Positions 38,278 to 51,421 of a stretch of DNA of 64,000 bases are shown here, one piece after another. A model generated the notes under the pieces. It was not told the DNA's origin and ran no database searches. It saw nothing but the letters and a program-made list of their open reading frames with translations. The position numbers and the translations under genes were made by a program. Source of the DNA: Trichodelitschia bisporula (Eukaryota); the NCBI GenBank assembly GCA_010356995.1, contig ML996689.1:1754691-1818690 (forward strand). Direction: 5' to 3'. Within the stretch, counting starts at the first letter, position 1, and every line of letters begins with the position of its first letter.

Positions 38278-40126
38278 ATGTCCGCCGCAGCCCTCTCCCC
38301 AACCCCCCTCTACCCAACGCGACCTTCCCGCCCTCCCCGCCAGCGTCACTCTCCGCTCTCCGCCCTCGTCCAGTCCTCTGGCTTCGCGTCTGCTGCTCAA
38401 CCGTTGCGCAGCATGGCCGTTGGCGACTCGGACGACGATGAAGACCTCCAGCCCCCGCCTCAACTCAGCGCGCTCGGCCGCTCAGTCCTAGAACACGACG
38501 CCGACTCGCGCGCCGATGCATCTCCCCGACCGCGCGTCTCCCGTTTACGCATTAGCCGAGGTGGTGAAGAAGACAATCACGACAATGCGACCCCCGCACC
38601 GAGCGTCCGCGTCAAGCGCGTCGGATTGCAGGGTGCTCCTGTGCGGAGAGCGCGCCGCACGCCCCAGTCCGTGGACTCGGAGCCGCCTGCTTTTGATCCA
38701 AAGGCAGATCAGGAGAATGCGCCTGTGCCTGGGACGGTGGCGCGGGATCCGGTGCGCGAGAAAGTGGACAGCATGATGAAGGGCGTGTCCGAGAAAGCGG
38801 CAGACCCCGGCAGCATCATGAAGCCCGTTGTATCCGTGATGCCCGTACGGGAAAAGCCGGTCCCGCTCGGAGTGGCATCAACAAACACGCCGCACCGGCC
38901 CGCGCCGCCGCCGCCGCCGAAGATGAGCGTTATTGAGGCTGCGACGGCGCAGGCGGGCGCTGCGACGGCGAGGCGGAAGAAGGGGAAGGGGTATTTCCTT
39001 GTTAATGGGATTCGGTACATGCAGGTTGCGAAGATAGGGAGGGGGGGGAGCGCGGATGTGTACCAGGTTATGGCGGAGAATGGGAAGATGTTTGCGTTGA
39101 AACGCGTGAAGCTGGAGGGCGCGGAGCAGGCGGCGGTTGCGGGGTATAAGGGGGAGATTGATTTGCTGCGCAAGTTGCAGGATGTGCATCGCGTGGTGCA
39201 GTATTTTGATCATCATATGGATGAGGAGAAGAAGTGTCTCCTTGTGGTAGGTCTCATTTTCGTACCTCTGAACATTCCGCTGACGGACTCAGCTCATGGA
39301 TCTGGGCGACGCGGATCTCGGCACCGTGTTGCGAGGGAAGATGGACCCGGAAGCGCTGGGCGGCGCAGAGGCACGGCTTGACATCACCTTCACGCGCTTC
39401 TACTGGCAAGAAATGCTCGAATGCGTCGCCGCCATCCACGAGCAAAACGTCGTGCACTCCGACCTCAAACCCGCCAACTTCCTGCTCGTGCGGGGCCAAC
39501 TCAAACTTATCGACTTCGGGATAGCAAACGCCATCGACATCGAGCACACCGTCAACGTGCACCGCGACAGCCACATCGGGACCCCGAATTACATGTCCCC
39601 GGAGAGTCTGCAGGACAGCAGCGCGAGCTCCGCCGCCGCGTCGGGGTCGGGTGTTGCGGTGAGCATGGGCAAGTTGATGAAGCTGGGCAAGCCGAGCGAT
39701 GTGTGGAGTCTGGGGTGCATACTGTATCAGATGGTGTACGGCCGCCCGCCATTCGGACATATCCCCAACCAGCTCCATCGCGTGATGGCGATTATCAACC
39801 CAGCCATCGAAATCAACTACCCCGACACCGGGATCGGCGGCGTGTCTATCCCGCCCGAACTCAAGCGCACACTGCGGAGCTGTCTAAACCGGGATCCAGC
39901 GCAGCGGCCCACGGTACGCGATCTCCTCTCCTCCACCGACCCATTCACGCACCCGGAGGCCTGTCCCGAGCTGCGCATCAGCGAGGACCTGCTCGGACAG
40001 GTGATTTGGAACATAAGCCGCCGCTTCAGGGACGGCAGCAAGCCGACGCCGACGGACGACGAGATCCGCAGTTACGCGCATAGCTTCTATGGGAAGATAC
40101 GCGAGTTGACGGGGCAGGGGCGGTGA
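38278..40126 (+). CDS. MPS1: Mps1/TTK spindle-checkpoint protein kinase
   Basis: IGRGGSADVY, ALKRV, HSDLKPANF, LIDFGIANAI, HRDSHIGTPNYMSPE and SDVWSLGCILYQMVYGRPPF are TTK-family hallmarks. Intron 39247-39292. Confidence 0.92.
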
Positions 40127-40382
40127 TTCTTAGCGGCGCTTTGGGGTGGTTTCTTTGGGGCGGGGGGTTTTGAATAAGGCGTTTTCTTTTCCCGCGGATT
40201 CTTGTTGCGGAGGGCGTTTTGAAGGGGAGGGGTTTTGCACATCGTTGGGCGGAGTTCAGTTTACACCGTTGAGGTGGTTCAGTTTACGCGTGATGGCGGA
40301 ATCCGGACTTGTAATTCATACCACTGTGACTATCTACTGCCTGCAACGCCAGACGCCCGATACCAGTCCTGAATTCCAACTT

Positions 40383-41217
40383 TTAAATTAAGAGCACGGC
40401 GTTGATGCAGCCGTCGTTTTCGGGGTTGTTGGTGATTTGAGCCCATCTAGATGATATTAGCCTTGCACTAGAAGGGGGGGTGAGAAGAGACTTACCGTCC
40501 CCACACAACCTTGCCGCCCGCCGTCACCAGCCCCAACTCGCTGACATTGACCTCGATGATCGTACCCTTCGTCAACACGCCCAGCTGCGTGTACATCGGG
40601 TTCTGCGGGTTCTTCTTGACGCTGATGATAGGAAGTTGGACCGTGACGCCGAGCTCCGTGTGCGTTACATTGGCCTTCTTGTACCGCAGACCCATAGGAC
40701 GAATAAAACGTTCGTACTTGACAGGCCTCCGCGTAAAATCCGGCCCAACAAAAGTCGGCTTCGTAATCATACGCTTCCACCCCTTCTTCGCAATCTTCTT
40801 CCCCGTCTTCACAATCTTGAAAACCTCCGCCTCCGCAATCCCCCTAACCTTCGGCAACGGCACACTAAACTTCGCCGCCTTCTCCGCGCGCTTCTGCTTA
40901 ATCTGACTACTCAGTGCCTTGGCGTTTGTCGGATTCGCCCTATCCAGCAAATACTGCGGCAAGGCCGTCGTACTCTCCTCCGGCTTCGCAGCGGCCTTGA
41001 CATTGCGCTCCTCGTGCGCCCGCAGCTTCTGCTTCAGCTGGATCTTCTCCTTGCGTCTTGTCTCGGCGTATTGTTTCGCGCGCAGCCCGCGCAGGTTCTG
41101 CGCTTTGGCGGCGGTGGCGTGGCCCTCACGGGCGGCGCGTTTGCGGGTGCGTTCTTCGTGGTCGAGGCGCCGGCCGAATTGCTTTGTGAAGCGCTCCATG
41201 TACTCGTTTTGCGGCAT
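40383..41217 (-). CDS. NSA2: Ribosome biogenesis protein Nsa2
   Basis: [23 protein letters not shown]...[12 protein letters not shown]...[20 protein letters not shown]. One intron at ~40448-40495. Confidence 0.97.
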
Positions 41218-41236
41218 GGTGGCGGTTGGGGGGGGG

Positions 41237-41261
41237 NNNNNNNNNNNNNNNNNNNNNNNNN
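41237..41261. other. Assembly gap (25 N) next to a poly-G run
   Basis: Run of n characters. Confidence 1.
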
Positions 41262-41343
41262 TGGGTTGGTGATTGAGGTGCTGTTGGTGAGGGAGGGCGA
41301 GGTTGGTGGTGGTGAGAAGTCGAAATCTTGGCGGGGCCGGGGT

Positions 41344-41356
41344 TGAAAAAAGTTTC
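41344..41356 (+). promoter_or_regulatory. RRPE-like element in the NSA2/MRPL49 divergent promoter
   Basis: TGAAAAAAGTTTC resembles RRPE (TGAAAAWTTTT) and lies ~130 bp upstream of the NSA2 ATG. Confidence 0.3.
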
Positions 41357-41485
41357 GCCGTGGTTGGGCCGGTTGAACTGCGGTGCGGGCTGGGGGGTGG
41401 ACGACTTGTGAGCATCGACGGATATAGCAATTGAGTGTATGTATGTCTATCTGGAGGCTTCTGTATACGGCTAATTCGGAGCAGC

Positions 41486-42190
41486 ATGGCTTCCCTCGCA
41501 CGTACATTTGCGCCATTTGCGCGCGCCGTTACCAAGCGCCCGCGGCTCGACTTCGTACCACCCCTCCTCCGCAGCATCAGCACGACTTCACCGATCATAG
41601 ACACGCCCGCTCCCCCTCCTCAAGTCCGTTCCACAATTCTTAAACAATCTCCACCCGCTCGCATCGCTCCGACACAACCGGCAACCCGTGCCATCGACCC
41701 CGAAATCCACCCCTCAGTCCCCACACTCCTGCCTCTGCTGCGCTCTCAACCACCCTACTACGCCACAATCTGCATCTACGGCAAGCACTACCTAGTGACG
41801 GCGGGAGATGAAGTGCGGCTCCCGTTCCTGATGCACGGGGTGCAGGCCGGGGACGTGTTGCGGCTGAACCGGGCGGTTCTGCTTGGGTCGCGGGACTATA
41901 CGCTCAAGGCGGGGGCGGGGAGTGATGAGGGAAGACGATGGCTGGATGAGCGGCTTTTTGCTATTCGGGCGAGGGTTATAGGGATTGAGAGTGAGCCGAT
42001 GCGGATGAAGGAGAAGACGAAGAGGAGGCAGCGGCATGTGCGGACGATCAAGAGCAAGCACAAGTATACAGTTATTCGGATTACCGAGGTGAATGTCTTG
42101 GGGCAGGAGAGATTGATCGGAGCGGCAGAGGAGGGCGCAGTTAGTGGAGAGATTGAGGCAGTCGCTGTTGGGGTGGGAGAGACGGTGTGA
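41486..42190 (+). CDS. MRPL49: Mitochondrial ribosomal protein bL21m
   Basis: Arg-rich presequence, then YATICIYGKHYLVTAGD, GSRDYTL and KEKTKRRQRHVRTIKSKHKYTVIRI (L21p domain). Confidence 0.9.
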   Translation: MASLARTFAPFARAVTKRPRLDFVPPLLRSISTTSPIIDTPAPPPQVRSTILKQSPPARIAPTQPATRAIDPEIHPSVPTLLPLLRSQPPYYATICIYGKHYLVTAGDEVRLPFLMHGVQAGDVLRLNRAVLLGSRDYTLKAGAGSDEGRRWLDERLFAIRARVIGIESEPMRMKEKTKRRQRHVRTIKSKHKYTVIRITEVNVLGQERLIGAAEEGAVSGEIEAVAVGVGETV

Positions 42191-42721
42191 AGTTGAGATG
42201 GCACGGATTCAAGAGCATGGCCAAACTTGAAGGAGCTGGTTGATTGTCACGATGTGTGGCGGGCATGGGCGTTGGCTGCATGGGACCGGCGCGCTTCAGG
42301 AGCCTTGGGGCGGTTCAGATGTCGGTATGTACGAATATCATCCCACAAGAGCTTTACTCTGGCTGTTGTTCTGGGTACGGATGGTGAGGCGCGACTTCCT
42401 CGGTGCATCGCTGGCGGAGGAGAGTACTACGCGACTGGCTACCTCTTGCTGCAATGGATTGACATGATTAGACAGGCGCATTCTTGGCTTCGCCTCTCTT
42501 TGACGTGTCGATGGTGGTGCCTGCCGCCCTGACGATAGCGATTGCCGCCAATTCATGTGAGCACATGTCGACGAGCAAGAGTCCAAGGCCACCTGAGACA
42601 ATCGTGCTCGCCCTCTTAGGTATCTTTGCCGACGTCGGGGTTACGACCCCCTCGGGTGGCCCTTCATTCTTGCCATGTACGAGTCTTGGCTCCCACTGAT
42701 AAATACCCACGATGAGAACAA

Positions 42722-42898
42722 ACCTTCTCTTCTCTCCCCATCTTCTCCCATCAACCTCACCTCTCGTCATCATCCATCAACCTCATCTCTCATACTCGTA
42801 CATCAACCTAACACATCAACCTCATCTCTTATCCTCATGCATCAACCTCATCTCTCATCCTCATACATCAACCTCACACATCAACCTCATACATCAAC
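42722..42898 (+). repeat. Low-complexity CATCAACCTCA-type repeat tract
   Basis: Multiple copies of catcaacctca/catcaaccta immediately before ATG 42903. Confidence 0.8.
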
Positions 42899-42902
42899 GG
42901 CT

Positions 42903-44100
42903 ATGACAACAAACATTGCGCTCTGCGATGTCTTTTTCTCCTCACCCAAGGACGGCTTCGTCTCCACCTTGCCATCGTCAGAGCCTTTGAGGCATGGAAA
43001 CCGGAACTGCCGATCAAGTCAGCATACTCACGGACCAAGAAAAGGTCGCCTGACACATGAGCTCAAAAGACCTCACTGGACGTCAGCACGTTGGGCGGAG
43101 TTTCTCTCTGAATTTACTTTCCGCACTTTTGTGAGTAACTATTGATTCGCCCTGCCCCGTGCCGCGGGCTGCCATTTTGCACTTCTCACCTTTGCTGACT
43201 GGGCTAGTCCCTGCGGATGAAGATTTATGAAGAGTTTGCGCACAAAACGCTGAATCGTCTTCTCTCTCTGAAGTCATGGGCGACGTGAGCTTTGCACGTG
43301 TTACAGCCTTTGCTCATCAGAACTTGGTCGACGAGTCCCTTATACACGAACTTCTTTCCAGCCGCCCACATGGACCTCGAGCGCTTGTAGCAGTCCGTTG
43401 CCGCCAGGCTTGCAAGTCTAACCACCCCGACTTCCATGTGGAAGAGGTTTCATATTGCTGAAAACGACCGGGCTGCAGCGGAGTCGCTCAAAACGAGGCC
43501 GTCGGAGGAAGCAAAAATGGTGCAAGAGTTGAACGGTAGGGTTCGAAGCCTTAGCGTAATGAAATCCACCATGTCATCGAGGCGTCTCGCCGGTAAGTGC
43601 CGTTATTTCAACTGATCCCCATAGTCGCTAAGTCTTACGCAGAAGAAGCCGAATCTATTCAAGCGGAGTTATACGCACCCTCGGGCGAGTTCACTGTCAT
43701 CGACCAGATCTACGCTGCGTTCTGTACAATTGTCAAAACGCATATCCGCGTGGTGCGCCATCACCCGCGAGCTGGGATTACGACCCTACAGACAATACAG
43801 CGGAGTACTACGTCCACGGGATTGTAGTCTCATCGACTTCTATCTCGAATGATTGACTCTTCCCTGCAACCGTCGACACTGCTTCGTCAAGATACACCTT
43901 TTCCTCGCAGGGTTTTCTGGGAGGCAGTGACTGGACAGACGAGGGCAAGTGCTGGGACCGATCGTTTCTGTATGTAGTTCCCCATTCGCGCGCGATAAAG
44001 ACCCATAATCCAGTCTGTTTCAGTCCCAAATTGGTTTTGTCCACTGAGTTGTGAGCCTTTTGCCGCAGATATTTGACAATTTCTTCAACCAGACTGCATT
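42903..44100 (+). pseudogene. Probable decayed multi-intron gene of unknown family
   Basis: Two well-formed introns (43131-43207 GTGAGT..GCTGAC..TAG and 43593-43642 GTAAGT..GCTAAG..CAG), but the reading frames are broken by stops or frameshifts. The end coordinate is approximate. Confidence 0.35.
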
Positions 44101-45468
44101 TAGCGACCTAACGCCCCAGAACTTTTGCACTTGGCTCGTCTCCTCGAGTTCTCAGAGAAAGTATCAACGGGGAGCAAGAGCTTGAAAGACATGAAGCCGG
44201 CTTTGAAGGATAAGAGCGAACAAATCATCGATCTTCCTTACTGACCGGCGCCGGACCACGGCGCTGAATCAAAACTAGAGCCGAGTATCACCGAAGATGC
44301 CCGTTCAAGCCATGAACTATCAGAGTTTAACCTAGGAAAGTCCAGATCTGCCCCGTTCAGCCACAATTAGCGACCAAAATATCCAGCTTGCCCTCACCCC
44401 AGCCTTGTGCGGGGTTCGTTAGTCGTTACCCGGCCGGTCGCATGGGTAGAGTTGGCCAATAATAGCACGCGGGGTCAGGACAGGAGCACGCGACGACAAT
44501 GGTTGATCGACGGCGATGACGGGTTCGCGGGTCAAGATTTGCAATGGGGAGTAAATAGGACGTAAGTTTAATATATGCGGTTGATGTACTCTATGCAGTG
44601 GTCCGGCTAATAAAAGCTCCTAGAAAATACTCGTCTTACGATGCCTTTTCGTCAAAGCAGAACAAAGGAAGGCTGACGGCAGATCTTAGCGCACCCTAAT
44701 GCCGATCGTACTATCTGCAAGCGCAAGCCGCGAAGCTTACCTCGACGGTGCCCAAGAAAGACAGCTGTCAAGCTTCCGCAGTTTGGATTCAAGCTCCCCC
44801 ACTTCGCCGTAAAATCTCACCCGCCCCCGCAGCCGCGCGTAGTCCCCGCCCCCGCATTCCATGCATGAAGTATCCCCGCACGCCACCATGTGTCATGGTG
44901 GTCATATTCCCCACACGTCGTCCATGTGTGCTGCTTACCGCATCAAATATATCCGAAGGATGGTCCAGGGAGTCGTCCCGCCCCTTCTTGGGAAGACCTG
45001 TAGGTTTCACGGCGGCGGTACAGGAAGAGGTGAAGTCACAGAGTCCGTGTCTCTGCATTTGATATAGAGCGTTGCCGTAACTCCCACCGCGCGTTGACTG
45101 CGGTCGACGAAGGCAGTGCGTGGGAGACCGCGGCCGAGGGATGATCCTCTTACCCTTGGGCCAGTGCTCCACGGTCCATTCTCACTTCCACCTCGCGACC
45201 AGCCGAAGATGCCCACCCCATCACCTCCCCCGCATTCCAGGTACGCGTGGTCAGCCGCACCGTCTGGAATCTGTCCCAGCGCCGAGGCACAGTCCGAGGC
45301 ACAGCGACCCGACCCAGGGGACTGGGAGAAGGAGGGTCAGATCAGTAAACTGATGTGTATAAGAGAGTCTCATCTGATGATAGGAGAAGAATAACACTGA
45401 TTGCTGACACTTTTGTCTCTCATCTTCTTAAAAAGGCCGAAACTGCTTGTGAGACTGAGCCGACTTTC

Positions 45469-47655
45469 ATGATGACGAAAGAAGGCGCATTGGCCGCCCG
45501 CCAGTTCAACTGGCAATGTTACTTCACCTGCTGCGCAGTAGCCATCGGCCAAATTGCCTTCGGGTACCCGGCTTCAATCATTTCCGGTCCATCACTCCCT
45601 CTATCCGCCGCGCAACCCAAACTAATACCCCCTAGTGACCCTCGGAGAGCCCTCCTTCCTCATCTACATGGGCCTAATGGACGCCAAAACTGGTAAGCTC
45701 ACGCACGACGCAAACGGTCTCATCGGCGCCACCTCCGGTGTCTTCCAAGCCGGCGCCACAATAGGCGTGCTCGTAGCTAGCTATATCATGGACCGATGGG
45801 GCCGGAAGGCGGGTATGGTGTACTGCGCCTTCTTCTCGTTGCTCGGTGGTGCGCTTCTGGCCGGTTCCCGGAATATTGGGATGTTTATCGCCGCGCGGTT
45901 TTTTGCGGGCATTGGCAGCTGGGGGTTTTTGGCGGTTTGTATGTTGGTTGAGGTGTGGATAATTTGGGTGGAATTGCTGACGGTTGGCAGCCCCGGTGTA
46001 CTGCTCGGAGCTGGCTCCGCCGAAGCTTCGGGGGTTCTTTGTGGGGATGAACGGTGTCTGCATTGCATTGGGCTATGCTTTGGCCAGTTACATGGGAATG
46101 GGTACGCTCACTCCTGGGTTTGATCCACGGCTAACAGCTTCAGCGTTTTTCTTCGTCCACTCCGACCAACAATGGCGCGGCCCGCTCGGAATCGCCCTCG
46201 TGTGGCCCTTTGTCATGCTCTTCATTGTGAGTCCGCCATCTGATGGATGCACACATACTGACTCTGCTCAGATCTGTTTTGTCCCCGAAAGTCCCCGCTG
46301 GCTCCTGCTGCAAGGCCGCACAGACAAGGCTCGGGACATCGTTATGCGTCTCCACACCGTGCCGGGCGATGTGGACCAGGAATTTGCAAGAAGCGAGTTC
46401 TACCAAATGCAGAAGCAATGCGAGCTGGATCGCACACTGAATCCGTCATGGGCCGAAATGTTCCGCCGTCCTTCTTACCGCAAGCGTGTTATCCTCGCCT
46501 GTGGTTTTGCGTTCATCGGCCAGTCCACGGCTGTGCTGGTTATTAACAACTATGGGCCGTTGCTCTATGCTAGTTTGGGGTACGATACGCATGATCAGCT
46601 TGCCTTGGCTTGTGGATGGATTACGGTTGGTGTCATATTCAACGCTGTCGGTGCGAGCTTTATGGACAAAGTAGGAAGACGTCCACTCATGATCGCTGGT
46701 GTTGTTGGTTGCTGCAGTGAGTCGACGACTTTCTAATGCTCACCTAGTTATCCTCCCTTTCCCAGTATCTTTCGTAATTCTGAACCTCACTAACGGCTTC
46801 AGTATGCTTGACTATCGAGGCGGCGATGGTGGCGGTCTATGCGAAGGCCGCTACCAACAAGGCTGGACTGTCCATGGGTGTCGCTGCTTTCTACCTATTC
46901 CTTGCAGTCTATTCCATTGGTATAGATGTTGTCGGTGTCGTGTGGTATTCGGAAATGTGAGTGCTTTCCAAGGAGTCCTCAGTTTTCAGGATGGACCTCC
47001 GGATCGCTGCTTACTCCGTGTTGCAGTTTTCCGAATCATATCCGCAGCAAAGGTACGAGCATCTTTCTCTCGGGCACCCGTAAACGATCTTGTCTGCTGC
47101 TGCTGCTTTTTGGATGATTTTGGGGAAGGAAGAGCCGTCGTCACCGCTCCAAGTGGCTTTTCCCGCTGTGTGGATCCCCGGCATGGGCCGCCCCGCTCCC
47201 GCCCCCACAGCTCCACTTTTCCACGTCCCACCCAGAGAGCTAACGTGTTTCAGGAATTTGCCTTGCCGTTGCGACACTCTCATTGACAGACCTCGTGTAC
47301 CTTCAAGCCACCACCACCGCATTCGCCAACATCGGGTGGAAATTCTATTTGGTCCGACCCTTGTCTCCTTCCTGCTTGGGACCTCGGCTAACTCGCCTAG
47401 GTCTTTATCGTCATCACGGCTCTCGGAAGCGTGTGGGCTTTCTTCGTACTGCCGGAGACGAAGGGTATTCCGCTCGAAGAGCTTGCGCAGATATTCGGCG
47501 ACACTGATGACATTATGGTGTATGCTGCTGATATCCATGTTGATGCTACCACTCATGAGCTCGTGGTGCAGGAGCATGGGAAGGAGGGTATACGGCATAT
47601 TGCGACGGGGGAGAAGAAAGTTGTTCCTGCAGAGCATGTTGAGACTGCTGTTTAG
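45469..47655 (+). CDS. MFS sugar porter family transporter
   Basis: MDRWGRK, PVYCSELAPPKLRG, PESPRWL, MDKVGRRPL and LPETKGIPLEE. About eight introns, including a short exon at ~47027-47052. Confidence 0.92.
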
Positions 47656-48167
47656 GTCTGGAGTCGGGGACAGTGAGGGTTTTCATGCCACGTGCGGTCA
47701 TTACGGCGGAGGTCTGCGGCGGGGGGATAGGCCAAAGGGCGGCGGGTACGAGATGATGGAATGGCATGGCGCCGGTAATGGTGGGAAGCAGTTATGCCTA
47801 AACAATGTGAATGGCCGCCTGAGAGGGCTGGTCTTCAGTTGCCTGCCCAAGGAGGGACGGCTGCGTCGCTTTCTGGCCCCGGTCAGTCTCATTGAACACA
47901 ATGCACGAATAATATTTTCCACCGGCTTGATGACGAGGCCCAGAGATCCCAGAATGGCACGTGTCACATTTGGAGAGACTTGCAAGAGCAGAGAGCCAAT
48001 GGCATTTGCTTGGAGTTCGATACAGAGCGCCCCTTTCCGATGAATAACCACCACGCATGACCCAGTGTGATTGACTAGTCAAAGACCATGATAGACCGAT
48101 CCCCAGACGCCCTATGCCGTACCATTCCCAGACCCGATAACACTTTGACCTGTTTCCCAGAGAGCAC

Positions 48168-49016
48168 TCATTTGAAGAAGTCCTTGCCCACTTTGTGCTC
48201 TTCATCTTTTGCGTCGCCGTTGATATGTACGTTCTTGACAAGAACAAGTTGACCGGGCTGGGGGTTCTCGATCTGGTGAGTTGCTGAAAGGAGCGCTAAA
48301 CCCCGCAGACACTCGACGAAGCCGACCATGAACCTCAGCGGATAGTTCAAAAAGTCCTGCTCAGGGGTCAGTAAATGTCTGCTCCGAAATGGATCGAGGG
48401 ATTTCATCGTGGCCAAGGAATTGCTTACCGACTTGACTGTTCGCACGCGATTTACCATCGCCTGCTCTTTGGTAACCTCTATCCAGCGCGGCATAATGAG
48501 GTAGGCTCCCGGATTGGTGATGTGGTATTGGAGGGTTAGGACTCGCAGGCTCAGCGAGTCGGAGGAAAATGCTTCGCGGAAAATGATTTTTTGAGGAGCG
48601 CCGGAGAGAGTGTTAGGTTTTGTGTGTAAGTGCCAGGTTTTGTGGAGAAAGTTTTGCACGGAGAAGGACACTGTGGGTGAGCAGGGTGAATGAATTGAGA
48701 TCCGCCGAGCCGCAGTTGCACGGCCGCGCCGAGGCCTGATTTCTCCACGCATGTTGTCGAGGTAACTAACCGTATAGTATATAGAATATAAGGATGCATG
48801 CCATCTCTTATACCGGCTTCGATCCGCCCATTCAGGTATACCGGGCGAGATGAGCCTGAGTTCCGCTTCATCGACACAAAGTGGGGGCTGAGCCGACCGG
48901 TTGTGACGGAGACTAAAGCTATCCTGGGCCGCAAATTCGCGTTGGTATTGACAAAATTCTTGGAAGCTCATCGGGTCGAAAAGCGAAGCGGAGAACTTGA
49001 CATGGCGCCCGCTCAT
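48168..49016 (-). CDS. Hypothetical protein (282-aa ORF)
   Basis: ORF length only. No motif recognised. Confidence 0.3.
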   Translation of the reverse strand: MSGRHVKFSASLFDPMSFQEFCQYQREFAAQDSFSLRHNRSAQPPLCVDEAELRLISPGIPEWADRSRYKRWHASLYSIYYTVSYLDNMRGEIRPRRGRATAARRISIHSPCSPTVSFSVQNFLHKTWHLHTKPNTLSGAPQKIIFREAFSSDSLSLRVLTLQYHITNPGAYLIMPRWIEVTKEQAMVNRVRTVKSVSNSLATMKSLDPFRSRHLLTPEQDFLNYPLRFMVGFVECLRGLALLSATHQIENPQPGQLVLVKNVHINGDAKDEEHKVGKDFFK

Positions 49017-49812
49017 CCTAGTCTTTCACATCCGGATGAGCGATGTAAAATAAGTGAAGTTCACCGCTGCTCTTCTTCAGGTCGTTCCCCTTCGATCGTG
49101 GTTCTGACACCTGCACCTCCTCTTCCACTTCATCTTCTTTATAACGGGTGAGAACAAGTGCATCCGCGCGGTCGAAACACTTGATGTAAGCCGAATTATG
49201 AGATAAAAAAAGCCGGAGCGCATATAACTAGCTCCCGCCGCTAAGTCCGCATGGGACCGGTAGCCACGCATATACGTTGTACTGTGGTAGTCAAGTGTAC
49301 CCTGTCCCGTTGTGTTAGATATCGATGTATTCAGTCATATGGAAGGGATTGGCCATAGTTACCATAACTGGCATATCGGGCGACTGCTAGGAGAGAGCAC
49401 GGGTACCATTGTCAGGCTCATTGATCGTGGAGTCATGGAGTCATCTCTGCTTTGTCTTTGTTTTCACTTACGTGCTTCAAATTTTTACAGCTAGCCATGC
49501 CCTGCTCCATTCGTGCTGGGCCTGTGCGCCTGTAAGTGGCTGCTGCAAATGGAAGAGAAGCTTGGACTTTACTTCTGCCACATAGCATTTGCCGGCATTC
49601 AATGTCATGTGCAAAGGATTCCAGAGACCGCCTTCCTCCTTTGTAGAGCCATTCGCAAAGACGTAGACTCTCAGCGAAGGCGCTTGGCACTCGCTTAACT
49701 TAACCCAAACTTTCTCCTTCTCAGTTTCTCCTCCATCTCCCACCAACCCCTTTTCCCACACTCACCCATTCTCAAACCAAGATTCATTTCACCCCCAATT
49801 ACATACCTCACG

Positions 49813-51421
49813 ATGTCTGACGACCCCTGGTCCCCATTTACCGACAGCAGTACGGAGTCGGTTACTCGCACTGAAGAGCAGATGGCGAACATAGCTGAGC
49901 CTGTCATAAATGCCGACGCTACTGACAGCGTCCCTGAGTCTGTTACTGGCACTGATGATCACATGGCCACCACCGACAACGCCTCTGGGCCGTCTACCGA
50001 CTCTGAGGGGGCTACCGAAGCTCCCAAGCCGACAGTTATGGGAGACGATGCGGTCCATTCGGTTACAAATGGCGTTCAGAAGATGGCGCTCACCTGTAAC
50101 GGCAAGGCTCCCATCGATCTGAACGCCAACGGTGGCCGCTCGGTTCCCGGAGTCAAGTACGGCAAGAAGGAAGCCAATGAAGCCGGTAAGATCCCCTCAC
50201 AAAGCCGCATCGTTGCGCATCTCAGCTTCAGCACCATATTGACCAAAACCAGGATACGCTGGAAAGAAGGGCAAACATTGGACTGACCATGAACGGGTTC
50301 AAAAGAAGAACGAGTGGCGCTTCGAGCGTCACAACAACCTCGTGTCGTGCGCGGCACAGGTCTTTGCTGAGCTTGGAAAGCTCTCCTCGATTGTCAGTAC
50401 TGCGACGGCGCAGGTGGCTGCGGTGGCGGCTCTGCAAGGCAATCCGGACTTCACGAATCAGGTCGAAGATGCTGTGATGAATGGAAATGCCAATCTCGAG
50501 GATCTGGTTAGCGGCGATCTCGCTATCTTGCAGAACTCGTACCTTGCCGCTCTGATCAACAAGACTACGGCTGCCATTGCAACCATCGGCCTGGCTACTG
50601 CGACTGCCCAGGTTGATCTCGGCCCTACTATTGCTAAGTGTTTCGAATACCCGGGCCCGCACGTTGACCCCGACCTGTACAACCCCAACACTTTCAACCC
50701 CGGCCACCGGACCAAATACCACCTTCCGAAGGAACAGCGCCATGTCCAACCCAATCAGTGGCACAAGAAACAGTCTACTGACAAGAACTACGGGACAGGA
50801 AAGCAGGCGTACTCACAGAAACCCACGGCTCAGGATAGCGAGGTCTGGATCTATGCCAACGACCCGAGTGCCGCTACCATCAACGATGTCAAGCCTAGTT
50901 CTAGTGAGATTTGGATCGTTGCCAACGACCCGAGTGCCCCTACCATCAACGAGGTCAAGCCTAGGTTGGTCAAGAAACACGGGACCGGAAAGCAGGCGCA
51001 CTTACAGAAACCCACGGCCTGGAGTGGTGAGGTCCACAGCGTTGCCAACGGCGCGGGTGCCGCTACCATTAACGATGTCAAGCCTAGGCTGAGCAAGAAG
51101 GCCTATTATAAGGCTAAGCGCGCGGACAAGAAAAAGCAGGCGCGTGCCTCGAGCAGCGCTTCTGCCGCCAACAATGTCGGTGCCCCGTCGGCGCCGACCA
51201 CTGCGAAGGACACTGCCACGGCGAAGACCATAGCTTACACTCCCGGAGGCAACAGCTGGGCTGAGATGGCTGAGCTTTCTGATGAGCTTGCTGAAAAGAC
51301 TCAGAATCTCGAGACGCCTGTTTCTGACAGCTCTTTTGCTGGCTCTGAGAAGTCGTCCACCCCCACTGTTGAGACGTCCCAGACTGTCGAGCAGGGCGGC
51401 GCTGCTGTGGCGAGCCAGTAG
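49813..51421 (+). CDS. Orphan protein with internal repeats, ~510 aa
   Basis: ATG 49813 follows a CT/CA-rich leader. Intron 50186-50252 joins it in frame to the 50342-51421 ORF. C/G-ending codon bias is similar to real genes. Confidence 0.7.

Noticed and set aside
40480..41604. ORF-track entries spanning the N gap (288 aa plus strand; 370-aa extended NSA2)
   Set aside because: The plus ORF is antisense to NSA2. The conserved NSA2 start is MPQNEY at 41217, so the extension is read-through across the gap.
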